Virus record (IMG/VR): IMGVR_UViG_3300031825_000353
Origin: a virus
Direction: 5' to 3' (one strand)
Length of the DNA: 64,000 nucleotides
Every line of letters starts with the position of its first letter. Within the stretch, counting starts at the first letter, position 1. The notes below the pieces were generated by a model. That model saw only the letters and a list, made by a program, of their open reading frames with translations, made no database searches and was not told the origin of the DNA. The translations under genes were made by a program, and so were the position numbers. This document shows, one piece after another, positions 1 through 8,329 of the stretch.

Positions 1-196
1 CCCGGGCATGGAGGTTCCGCAGTTCGCGGGAGTGACCATCGCCCTGCTTCTCGACGCGCTGGAGGGTGCCGTTGACGATCTGGAATTCCCGGTTGATGGT
101 GGCGTAGATGTTCTTCAGCTCGCGGCTGACGGTCCACTTCAGGAGCGCCCAGAAGGCGGCGAGCAGAACCGCGAAGTCGAGAAATTTGGATTCCAT
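1..196 (-). CDS. Small membrane protein (N-terminal TM plus coiled coil), holin/XhlA-like; 3' end cut by window edge, full copy 43284..43583
   Basis: MESKFLDFAVLLAAFWALLKWTV hydrophobic N-terminus; last gene of lysis block. Confidence 0.55.
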   Translation of the reverse strand, partial: MESKFLDFAVLLAAFWALLKWTVSRELKNIYATINREFQIVNGTLQRVEKQGDGHSRELRNLHAR

Positions 197-203
197 CGGT
201 GCC

Positions 204-959
204 TCAGAAGCGGATTCCACCGCCGAGGGCGGCCGTGTGGTTGAGGTAGACGACCTGGACTTGGGCCGGGCCCCAGGAGGCGGCGGCGTAGGCGCCGAGG
301 TGGCGCTGGCCGGTGGTATCGACGCCGTAAAGGGCGCCCACGGCCCAGGTGCGGGTGCGGGGGGTGAGATCGATGGCGCGGGCGAGGGCCGCGGCGCGGC
401 GGGCCTCGGTGTCGGCGCGGGTGTCGGCGGCGGCCAGGGCGCGGTCGGTGGCGGCCTGCTGCTGAGTCTGGGCTTGGGAGCGGGCTTCCTGGGCGGTGGT
501 GAGCTGCTCCAGGTCGCCCAGGCGGGCCTGCAGGCCGGGCACGCGCAGGGCTTCCCAGCCCCAGCCCAGCACGGCGCGACCGTCGGGCAGGGTCAGGGCC
601 AGGTCAGTGCCCAGCTCGCGCGGGTGGAGCCCCAGGCCCTGAAGGCCCGCCACCACCACGGCAGCGGAGGCATCGGCAGGGACGGGCACGGCGGGCGGGG
701 GCACGGGATGCTGCGCAGCCTGGCGCTGAAGCCGGGCCACCTCGGCATTGGTCTCGGTGACCAGCTGCTGCGCGGCGGCGCGGTCGGCCTTCGCCGTCTC
801 CTCGGCTTGACGTGCCGCACGGATCTCTCCCTTCAGGATGGTGGCTTCCTCGATGGCGGCGGCGCGGCCCCGGGCCTTGTGCACCGCCACGCCGATGGAG
901 GCCAGCAGGGCGAGGGTCAGGGCGGAGAGGAGGAGGGTGGCCTTGGCGGCGTCGGTCAT
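204..959 (-). CDS. Spanin (Rz)-like protein: N-terminal TM, Ala/Gln coiled coil, C-terminal beta-strand region
   Basis: TM LLLSALTLALLASIGVAV; helical AQ-rich middle; ends ...AALGGGIRF; in lysis block. Confidence 0.6.
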   Translation of the reverse strand: MTDAAKATLLLSALTLALLASIGVAVHKARGRAAAIEEATILKGEIRAARQAEETAKADRAAAQQLVTETNAEVARLQRQAAQHPVPPPAVPVPADASAAVVVAGLQGLGLHPRELGTDLALTLPDGRAVLGWGWEALRVPGLQARLGDLEQLTTAQEARSQAQTQQQAATDRALAAADTRADTEARRAAALARAIDLTPRTRTWAVGALYGVDTTGQRHLGAYAAASWGPAQVQVVYLNHTAALGGGIRF

Positions 960-1141
960 GGCAGCGGCTCCTCAGCCACCGGAACCACCAGATCCGCCTC
1001 GTCAGCCACCTCGAACCACTGCCCCGGCGTGAGGTCGGCCATGCTCGCGGCCAGGCTCTCCGCATCGGGCGCGATGAACACGCGGCCCCCGATGGGCAGG
1101 CCCGCCTCGTCTGTGAGTTGGACTATCGCCTTGACGCTCAC
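956..1141 (-). CDS. Small hypothetical protein after tail-fibre-like gene (likely GTG start at 1141)
   Basis: GTG start overlaps TGA of upstream gene and its stop overlaps the next start (coupled). Confidence 0.5.
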   Translation of the reverse strand: MSVKAIVQLTDEAGLPIGGRVFIAPDAESLAASMADLTPGQWFEVADEADLVVPVAEEPLP

Positions 1142-2427
1142 CAGTTCACCCCCACGGTATCGCCTGCGGTCAGCGGCCCTGAATACGTCCACGACGCCGC
1201 TACGACGTCCCCAGCCTCCAGGCCGCCCGTGTAGGACCAGGTGCCGGAGTAGGTTCCGCCGCTCTGTGCGGTGGTGATGGCACCCGCGCTGGTCATGGTG
1301 TAGTCGGTGAGGGTGACGGGCGTCGCCCCCGTAGCGATGTAGCTGCCGCCCTCAACCGACGCCATGGCTCCCCAGAAATAGAGCCCACTGGCCCCGTCTC
1401 CGTTGTAGGAGGTCAGGCCCCCGGCATCTGCCAGATAGCAGAGCAGTCGGGGGGTTGTGGCCCCTGTCCCAGACGGTGCCGTGAACCCACACAGCAGCGA
1501 TCCATCACTAAGCCTAATTGCATAAGTGTCGGTAGCCGTCGAAAGCGCCGCTACCGTCCCCGCCGTCAGATCAATATTGATCCCAGGCTCCGAGCCAGCC
1601 TTGCCGCGCAAACGGAAACTGGCGCGGGTGCGTGTGCCAGGGTAGAGGACCGCCATGCACTTGTAGCTGGTGTTGTCTGCCAGCGTCACTCCAGGCCCAA
1701 GGACCAGATGGGTGTTGGCGGCAGTCGCATCCTCCTGGATGAACCGCATTACACCGCCGGTCACGTTGGGTGCTGTGCGCGTGGCTGCGCCAATCGTGCA
1801 GCGCGTCTTGATCCATCCGCCGTTGGTCAGATCCTCGGAAACGGGGCTGACGTTCGTCCGCGCCGCACTCGACAGCGCCACGGTCCCCTGCCAGTCCGTC
1901 CGGGTGAGCAAGGACAGCGACGGAGCATTCCCCGCATCCGTGTCCGACCCGTCAGCCCGCGTGAGCTGGAGGTGGGTCGAGTCCACCACCCGGGGCGCAG
2001 CCGTGCGAGGGCCGTGAGCCCATGCCGTGAGCGTGACCGCGCCTGCCGCGTCCATCGTCCAGCCACGGGCGAGGCCGTTGACCGTGAGGGCGGAGATCGC
2101 TGGGGCGTTGGTCGCGTCCGTGTCGGAGCCGTCGGATTTGGTGAGGTGGAGATTGAGGCTGTCGATGCTACGCGGGGCGGCTGTGCGCGAGGTCGTGAGC
2201 CCCGTGAGGGTCAGCACGTTCCCGCTGCGCGTGAAGCTGGCGAGGGGAGCGCCGTTGAATAGGACGGAGGCAGGGGTGGCGCTGCACGGCTGGCCGAACG
2301 GGTCGAAGATCGCCGCCTGAGTTGGGGGCACCAGGACGGCGGGCACGGGGTTCGCCGTGGGGGCGCGGTCGAGGATGCGGATGGGGCCACCCTGGGGCGT
2401 GGGCGGAACGGCGACGAGGCGCATCAC
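1138..2427 (-). CDS. Tail fibre / receptor-binding-like virion protein with internal repeats
   Basis: Thr/Gly/Ala-rich beta-type composition; duplicated RTAAPR..DS..L.LT..DGSDTDA.NAP segment; EDLTNGGWIK lectin-like domain start. Confidence 0.6.
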   Translation of the reverse strand: MMRLVAVPPTPQGGPIRILDRAPTANPVPAVLVPPTQAAIFDPFGQPCSATPASVLFNGAPLASFTRSGNVLTLTGLTTSRTAAPRSIDSLNLHLTKSDGSDTDATNAPAISALTVNGLARGWTMDAAGAVTLTAWAHGPRTAAPRVVDSTHLQLTRADGSDTDAGNAPSLSLLTRTDWQGTVALSSAARTNVSPVSEDLTNGGWIKTRCTIGAATRTAPNVTGGVMRFIQEDATAANTHLVLGPGVTLADNTSYKCMAVLYPGTRTRASFRLRGKAGSEPGINIDLTAGTVAALSTATDTYAIRLSDGSLLCGFTAPSGTGATTPRLLCYLADAGGLTSYNGDGASGLYFWGAMASVEGGSYIATGATPVTLTDYTMTSAGAITTAQSGGTYSGTWSYTGGLEAGDVVAASWTYSGPLTAGDTVGVNW

Positions 2428-2837
2428 CGCACGATCTCGCGCGTGATGACCATGCCCCCGGCGCCGTCTTCGGGCCGCAGCACGTCACCACCGGGCAGGG
2501 TGACCTCGACGGCCCAGACGCAGTAGGTGCCGACGGCCGTGCGGAGCTTCCCGTCGCTCTGCTTCTCCTGGGCGGAGCCGGGGTTTGTGGTGGGCAGGAC
2601 CAGGGCGGAGGATGCGGCTGCCGTGACGGTGGCGCTCATGGCCCCGGATGCCCCGCCCAGGGTGATTCCACCGCGGGTCTGGTCGTCCAGGTCGAAGGCC
2701 ACGGCGCCCTCGGCATTGCCGAAGCGGATGGTCAGCCGGGCGTGGGCTCCGGTGAGGTCGAACGGCGAGCCGTCGGCATTGACGAGCGACCAGGCGCGGC
2801 GCCAGGTGGCTCCCTGGTCGAGGATCAGGTCGGTCAT
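2424..2837 (-). CDS. BppU-N-like baseplate/fibre-anchoring protein (start ATG 2837)
   Basis: MTDLILDQGATWRRAWSLVNADGSPFDLTGAHARLTIR resembles the typical LxIxQGxT...DLTG..A.M.IR motif; RBS AGGAG upstream. Confidence 0.65.
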   Translation of the reverse strand: MTDLILDQGATWRRAWSLVNADGSPFDLTGAHARLTIRFGNAEGAVAFDLDDQTRGGITLGGASGAMSATVTAAASSALVLPTTNPGSAQEKQSDGKLRTAVGTYCVWAVEVTLPGGDVLRPEDGAGGMVITREIVR

Positions 2838-3130
2838 GGTTCGGACTCCTTCTGCCCCAGGGCGATCTCCCGGGCGGCCCGGTGCTGGCTCTTCTGGACG
2901 GAGCCGGCGAAGGCGAGGGTGTTCACCCACAGGGCGCCGATGGCGGTCCAGTAGATTCCGTCGGCCTTCTGGAGGAAGACGTACACGGCGACGCCCGCGG
3001 TGGTGCCCAGCACGGCGCAGTAGACGCTGGAGAGGCCCGCCCAGAACCAGACCACCTTGGTGCTGCTGACGCCTTGGCCGGCCGTGTGGCTCTGGGCTTC
3101 GCGGAGGAAGGCGGCGAGGCGCTCAAGCAC
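2834..3130 (-). CDS. Holin, two TM segments (GTG start 3130)
   Basis: RBS CAGGAGG 6 nt before GTG; two hydrophobic stretches and charged tail; directly after endolysin. Confidence 0.75.
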   Translation of the reverse strand: MLERLAAFLREAQSHTAGQGVSSTKVVWFWAGLSSVYCAVLGTTAGVAVYVFLQKADGIYWTAIGALWVNTLAFAGSVQKSQHRAAREIALGQKESEP

Positions 3131-3644
3131 GGGCGGCCTCCTGGAGGGCCTGCACGGCCGCCAGGAACTCGGCCAGGGCGTTGGTGCCGCCGTTGACCAG
3201 GCGCCGCACGCGCCGCCAGTCGCCAGCCTCGGCGGCGGCGGGGATGCCCTTCTGCTTGAGGTAGAGGGCCAGGACGCGGGCGGCGACGGTGGGTTCGAGG
3301 GCCATGTCCGGCACGCCCACCAGGTCGAGGCCCAGGGCCTCGCCGGCATCCAGGTAGTTCCCGCGCCAGGTGAGCTGGACGAAGCCGCGGCCGTAATAGC
3401 CGCTGGGCCAGTAGCGCTCCTGGGTGGCCCAGAGGCCGGGCTGCTTGGCGGGGTTGGCGCGGCGCTCGCGGATGGGCTGGAAGCTGCGGGTCTCGACGGC
3501 CACGGTGGCGGCGGCGGCGATCTGGCACGGGAGGGAGGCGATGCCGAGCGCTTCGAGGGCGGCCAGGATGTTGGGCCAGTGCGCGGCGACGTTGCGCTGC
3601 GGGCAGCCCGTGGCCGCGGCCACCTGGTCGGCTGTGAGGGTCAC
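3123..3644 (-). CDS. Endolysin, glycoside hydrolase family 19
   Basis: YYGRGFVQLTWRGNY and RRLVNGGTN motifs. Confidence 0.92.
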   Translation of the reverse strand: MTLTADQVAAATGCPQRNVAAHWPNILAALEALGIASLPCQIAAAATVAVETRSFQPIRERRANPAKQPGLWATQERYWPSGYYGRGFVQLTWRGNYLDAGEALGLDLVGVPDMALEPTVAARVLALYLKQKGIPAAAEAGDWRRVRRLVNGGTNALAEFLAAVQALQEAARA

Positions 3645-3782
3645 GCTTGCACCAAGGTGGGGAGGCCCCTGGTCAGTCGAACCCGGATTTCTGAGCCGGG
3701 CCCGTAGGCAATGGCTTGTTCAGCTCGCGCCTGGTCGTGCAAGTGTGCCTCCCCACCCCAAGGTGGGTGTTGTCATGGGGAG

Positions 3783-3808
3783 GCGATGTACTGTTCGGCG
3801 CGATTATC
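3783..3808 (-). promoter_or_regulatory. 26-bp putative late promoter/activator site, copy 1 (upstream of lysis block)
   Basis: GATAATCGCGCCGAACAGTACATCGC, 23/26 identical to 21703..21728; both intergenic. Confidence 0.65.
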
Positions 3809-3813
3809 GCCCG

Positions 3814-4305
3814 CTAACTCATCACGACGGCGGGCGTGGTGCGGATGGTTCCGTTGTAGGCCCCGTTGATGGGCTTGATGCGGAACTGCACAGGCTTGGT
3901 GAGGTCGGCATCATCGGCGGTGCGCTGCGCGAGGGTGTAGACCTGGGAGGTACCCGTGAGGCCAGTCCAGGTCCGCTTGACGACACCCGCGATGAGGACC
4001 TCGATGGTGAGGGTGCCTTCGATGGCGTAGCTTCCCGCCACATCCTGGGCCACGAGAGGGGCGCCCTGGCCCTGGGCGACACGGTTGCGGTGGGACCAGG
4101 AGAGGGTGACATCCCCGGTGGTGGTGGCCGGCCAGGTGGCGTAGGGCTGTCCGTTCAGCTTGACATTGCCGGGGGGCAAGGGTGCCCAGGCCCGGCTGGC
4201 CGTGGTGATCTGCATCTCGGTGGCAGAGGCGAGCGGGAGGATCCCACGCATGGTGCGGGGGAGAATTTTGATCTTAAGGAGAAGATCGGATGCATAGCCG
4301 GGCAT
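3814..4305 (-). CDS. Separate C-terminal module of the tail-tip protein
   Basis: KILPRT...RAWAPLPPGNVKLNG...LSWSHRNR resembles the usual C-terminus of such tail proteins; own RBS GAGGGAG. Confidence 0.75.
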   Translation of the reverse strand: MPGYASDLLLKIKILPRTMRGILPLASATEMQITTASRAWAPLPPGNVKLNGQPYATWPATTTGDVTLSWSHRNRVAQGQGAPLVAQDVAGSYAIEGTLTIEVLIAGVVKRTWTGLTGTSQVYTLAQRTADDADLTKPVQFRIKPINGAYNGTIRTTPAVVMS

Positions 4306-4314
4306 GGGGCTCCC

Positions 4315-6939
4315 TCAGGCTGTGAGTTCTTGGACTTCGATAAAAGCTGTGGGGAAACCCGAATACGTTCCCGCGGCGGTGCTCCCCGCGCGCGCCTCAA
4401 ACGTGATAGGTGTGAGGCTAGTCGTTACCATTTCGTATCTCGCCTGTGGGTAGGTCGGCCAGCCTGCATATTGCACGATTTGCAGGCCGACTGCGACGTT
4501 GGCAGACCCGCCATCCCTGAAGATCCCAACCTGAGAGGCAGACCAGTCTGCATTGAGGCTCCCAGCGCCAAAAGCCTTGACTACGATCCGAGTACCGATG
4601 GCAGAAGGGGTGATGGTGATGGAGCCGATGGACCTACCCTGGGTGATGGTGATGCCGGTCCCAGCCGTTTCCGAGTTGACCGGCGAAGTGGATGAGACCA
4701 GACTCGTCGTTGTCCCGCCACTGCTGCCTGCGATCAGCCTCTGCCGGACCACCCCGCCGCCCCCCCCGCCCGAACCATCGGCCCCCTTCTGGGCCATCAA
4801 ATCCCAATAACCCGTGGCCGTGGCGGGGTCCTGGTTCATGCCGGCCTGGATGGACACATAGCTCGACCCATTCCGGCTGACGGTGTCATCCACCGCATAG
4901 ACATGATCTGGGTCCCAGGGGCCATGCCAGGTATACCCCCGCCCAGCGGCTCCAGGTTCGCCAGGCGTCCCTGGGGTGCCCGGCTCGCTTCCGGTGGACT
5001 GGACATCAGCCGCGCCCTCGCTCACGAACCAGACCCGCGCACCCGTAGCAAGATCAGCCGGCACGCTGTCCAGTACGCCGCGAAGGATGGCCGCGATGGT
5101 GTAGGTGCCGTCGTGGTTATCGGTGGCGGTAGTCCAGGACACGATCTCCCCGGTGGCCGGGAACCACGCCAGGTTGGTGCCACGTGCTCGACCATCGGCG
5201 TTGGTGCTCAGCGCCGGCAGTTGGGCCAGGTCGGACCCCCCAGAAACGGTGAACCCAGCGGCATCCAGGGCAGCGGTTTTGCAGGAGTACGGGGATGCGA
5301 GCAGGCCTGTGGGGGTCATGGAGGATAGGCTGCCCGTGAGGAGGTAGCCCGCGCCTTCGTTACTCCAGACCTCACCCCCCAGGGTGATCTGGTCGGCCCG
5401 CGCGCCCATGGCGAGCACCATGCGCAGCTCGCCGGTCATCCAGTAGGGCTCCTCGAGCAGGGCTTGCGCCTCGCAGGGCAGGGGCACCGTGACGGGATCA
5501 GTCCACCCACCACCTGCCGGAGGGTTGTAGGCCTGGGCCCCCACACTGAAGACGTCCTGGGCGAACTCGACGGTGATCTTACCGGCACCCAGGGTGCCGT
5601 AGCGGATGTTGGTCACGCGGCAGATCAGCCCACTCCAGCCGTGCGGCGCGAAGGTGAGCTTGAATGGGGAGCCCGGACGCAGCTGCCAGGCCTTGCGGTT
5701 CAGCTGCAGGGTTCCCTTGGCGAGGGACGATGATAGGACGCGGGTTTCTCGGGCTGCCACGTACTGGGCCAGGCCTGGGCCCGAGAGCCCCATGAAGTCG
5801 AGGGTGGTGTCGCCCCCCTCACCACGTGCCCAGTAGTTCCCCGCATCCTGGTCCTGGGCGGTGCGCACCGTGTAGGCCTTCGCCCGGTCCACGTAGCGGA
5901 TGACCACACGATTCAGGGTCTCTGGCGGCGCGGCAAGGGTCACCTCCGGCGCATCCTGGAAATCTGGCTCGGAGAATTCAGGCAGGGTGGCCGGATCGTA
6001 GTCGGCGCGGATCAGCTTCAGGCAGGTGAGACCGGTGGCGGGGTCGGTGTAGAGCACGCCGTCGATGTGGCGGAGGATCTCGCCCATCCAGGCGTCGGCA
6101 GCTTGGGCCCGGTCCATCAGGAGGGAGATACCAAAACCCTCCGCATAGAGGGCATCAGCGGCCGTCTGGAAAGTGGAGAGGTTCAGGGTGGCGATGGATT
6201 CCCCGCAGCCACCCTCTTCACGGGGCTGAGTCAGGATGTGCACCAGTCCATAGGCCGGGTTGGCGTCGCCGTTGAGGTTCTTCTTCGTGGCGTCGAGGCC
6301 GGCCGCGCAGGGGCAGCACCGCAAGACCCACGCCCATTCCTTCGGATAGTTGCTGGTGCCGAGGTAGAAATCCTTGAGCACGGCATAGCAGATCCCCCGC
6401 CAGGCCGGTGCTGGGGATCCAAACTTTGACGACAAGTAGGGGTCGGAGCCCTGCGCAGCACTGCCGAAGTAGAACCTCAGCGTTCCGCCGAGGCCACCCT
6501 CTTTCTCCTCGCCACCGAAGATCTCTGGCAGGTTGATGGTGACGTCGGCACCACCATCGGCGGAGGTGGTTGTGATGGATGCGCCGGCATCCTTCAGGCT
6601 CTTGTCGCCCACGACGATATCGACCAGCTCATCGATCGGGCCGAGCGCCAGCGCATGCTGCATGCCCATGTGGTAGCGGTACCCGATAGTGGTGCGGTGC
6701 CCGGTCATGGCGTTGGAGACACGCTTGATGGCTTCGGTGCGCAGGGCACCCCACCAGGTGATGTTCGGGCCCTTGTTCTTGCAGGTGCCCAGGACCATGG
6801 TGAGGGGGCGTCCCTCTTCGGCGGTGGGGACCTGGAATTCGCCCAGCGAAGAGGGCTCGGCATCCTTGGGCTTGGGGGCCAGCATCGCCGAAACGACGGT
6901 GGAGATGACCATCATGGCCAGAGCGACCCAGAATCCCAT
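4315..6939 (-). CDS. Tail tip / host-specificity protein (putative phage tail protein family), with collagen-like linker and CBM5/12-like module near C-terminus
   Basis: N-terminal PTAEEGRPLTMVLGT, IGYRYHMG, PAWRG, DANPA motifs; GTPGTPGEPG; WDPDHVYAVDDTVSRNGSSY...YWDL. Confidence 0.88.
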   Translation of the reverse strand: MGFWVALAMMVISTVVSAMLAPKPKDAEPSSLGEFQVPTAEEGRPLTMVLGTCKNKGPNITWWGALRTEAIKRVSNAMTGHRTTIGYRYHMGMQHALALGPIDELVDIVVGDKSLKDAGASITTTSADGGADVTINLPEIFGGEEKEGGLGGTLRFYFGSAAQGSDPYLSSKFGSPAPAWRGICYAVLKDFYLGTSNYPKEWAWVLRCCPCAAGLDATKKNLNGDANPAYGLVHILTQPREEGGCGESIATLNLSTFQTAADALYAEGFGISLLMDRAQAADAWMGEILRHIDGVLYTDPATGLTCLKLIRADYDPATLPEFSEPDFQDAPEVTLAAPPETLNRVVIRYVDRAKAYTVRTAQDQDAGNYWARGEGGDTTLDFMGLSGPGLAQYVAARETRVLSSSLAKGTLQLNRKAWQLRPGSPFKLTFAPHGWSGLICRVTNIRYGTLGAGKITVEFAQDVFSVGAQAYNPPAGGGWTDPVTVPLPCEAQALLEEPYWMTGELRMVLAMGARADQITLGGEVWSNEGAGYLLTGSLSSMTPTGLLASPYSCKTAALDAAGFTVSGGSDLAQLPALSTNADGRARGTNLAWFPATGEIVSWTTATDNHDGTYTIAAILRGVLDSVPADLATGARVWFVSEGAADVQSTGSEPGTPGTPGEPGAAGRGYTWHGPWDPDHVYAVDDTVSRNGSSYVSIQAGMNQDPATATGYWDLMAQKGADGSGGGGGGVVRQRLIAGSSGGTTTSLVSSTSPVNSETAGTGITITQGRSIGSITITPSAIGTRIVVKAFGAGSLNADWSASQVGIFRDGGSANVAVGLQIVQYAGWPTYPQARYEMVTTSLTPITFEARAGSTAAGTYSGFPTAFIEVQELTA

Positions 6940-7730
6940 CAGATGCCCCCAGAATCGAAGGGCTGGCGTGTGGGGATGCGCTTGAAACCCATGTGGTTGA
7001 GGAGGTTGTTGTAGCGGTTCGCGCAGTCATCCTCGGTGCCCTGGCAGCCTGGGTAAGCTACGACTTCGGCCCCGGGCACCAAAGACGGAAGCATCGTCCG
7101 AAGCGTCAGGACAGGGCCGACATGTCCGGTTATCGTCCGCGTGTCTCCAAGGTACTCGATCCAGCCCCCCTTGAAATGCCCATCCGGATGGCCCGCGAAG
7201 GCGGTGGAAGTGATTGTCAGGCCGGAAACATCGGTGAGTGTGGCCGGCACCCGCCATGCCGACTTGTTCACGCCGCAGCGGGCAGTGCCCCATCGCAGGG
7301 GGCACTGGTACTGGAACGTGAGCGCAGGGATCGGCTGCTTCCATACGGCTTGGCGCGGGGCGCAGATGAACTCGCAGGTCTCCTGGATCTTGGCACTCAT
7401 CACCCGGCCGGTAAAAACACAGGCCGTCTCTGTTTCGCCGTCGTGCCCGCACGTCACGATCAAGCTCACGGGGGTGGATGGTGGGCCCTCGCGGAAGAGT
7501 TGGGCGACCGGATTGTCGAGATCCAGGGTCACGGTCACATTGCCGCTGGAGGTCTCCCCGTTCTGGTCGACCTCGGTCCTCTGCAGGACCGCAGGCAGGT
7601 AGGTCTGGCCTTGAAACAACCGAGGGGCATCTCCGCTGGCCTGAAGCCAGGTGGTAGCACCCAAGTTCCAGCGGTAGAGCTCGAAAGGCTCGCCTCCATG
7701 GGCGCTCCGTTCGCGGGCATCGAAGGTCAT
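6939..7730 (-). CDS. BR0599/DUF2163-family tail hub protein
   Basis: QYQCPLRWGTARCGV and C-terminal YPGCQGTEDDCANRYNNLLNHMGFKRIP. Confidence 0.9.
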   Translation of the reverse strand: MTFDARERSAHGGEPFELYRWNLGATTWLQASGDAPRLFQGQTYLPAVLQRTEVDQNGETSSGNVTVTLDLDNPVAQLFREGPPSTPVSLIVTCGHDGETETACVFTGRVMSAKIQETCEFICAPRQAVWKQPIPALTFQYQCPLRWGTARCGVNKSAWRVPATLTDVSGLTITSTAFAGHPDGHFKGGWIEYLGDTRTITGHVGPVLTLRTMLPSLVPGAEVVAYPGCQGTEDDCANRYNNLLNHMGFKRIPTRQPFDSGGI

Positions 7731-8329
7731 GGCACCTCCTGGGGGAGTTCAGAGCAGGGGAGGGTCACCTCTGCCACGCTTTCGGTGATGTAGGTGATCT
7801 CGATTTCATCCGAGGCCAGCCGACAAAGGAGCAGGTGACTGATGAGAGCGCCACCCGGCAGTGCCACACCGAGAGGGGCATTCAACGTCAAGGTCTCAAC
7901 CCCACCCCCCTCAGCGGCTGCCAGCACAGACCGGTAGATCCAGGTGGCTCCATTCAGGAAGGCCAGATGCCTCCGGGCCTGCGCCGGGAACATGTGGCGC
8001 GCATAGCCCGCGCTCTGGATGAGGATGGATGAATCGCTGGCTCCGACGGCTTGGGCCAGCATCAGATCCCGGCGACGAGAGGGCAGCCAGAAGGGGACCG
8101 CACGGCCGCGATGAGCATCGAGGAACGCTTCCATCGATGCTATGGCAGCTCGGTCGGGACAGGTCCAAACCACGGGGGTGGAAATCGCAGGGGCTTCGGA
8201 GCGCCCGCGGACCGACCTTGTCCCCAGGCCCGGGTCCAGAGCCGACACGGACCGGTCCAGCCCATCCTCGCGCGGATCGCGGGCGTTGGGGGAGATCTCC
8301 AGGACCTCGATGCCTAGGTAGTTGGTCAT
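7727..8329 (-). CDS. Distal-tail-like structural protein (start ATG 8329)
   Basis: AFLDAHRGRAVPFWLPS motif; ATGA overlap with upstream gene. Confidence 0.75.
   Translation of the reverse strand: MTNYLGIEVLEISPNARDPREDGLDRSVSALDPGLGTRSVRGRSEAPAISTPVVWTCPDRAAIASMEAFLDAHRGRAVPFWLPSRRRDLMLAQAVGASDSSILIQSAGYARHMFPAQARRHLAFLNGATWIYRSVLAAAEGGGVETLTLNAPLGVALPGGALISHLLLCRLASDEIEITYITESVAEVTLPCSELPQEVP

Noticed and set aside
3783-3808. 26-bp motif as a LexA SOS box
   Set aside because: Only one TACTGT half site, with no matching ACAG at the canonical spacing.
4306-4317. Selenocysteine recoding of the in-frame TGA
   Set aside because: No convincing SECIS-like hairpin downstream, no redox context, and the downstream ORF has its own RBS.
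1138-6939. Diversity-generating retroelement or invertible tail-fibre switch
   Set aside because: No reverse transcriptase, no adenine-specific template/variable repeat pair, no opposite-strand alternative fibre or flanking inverted sites seen.
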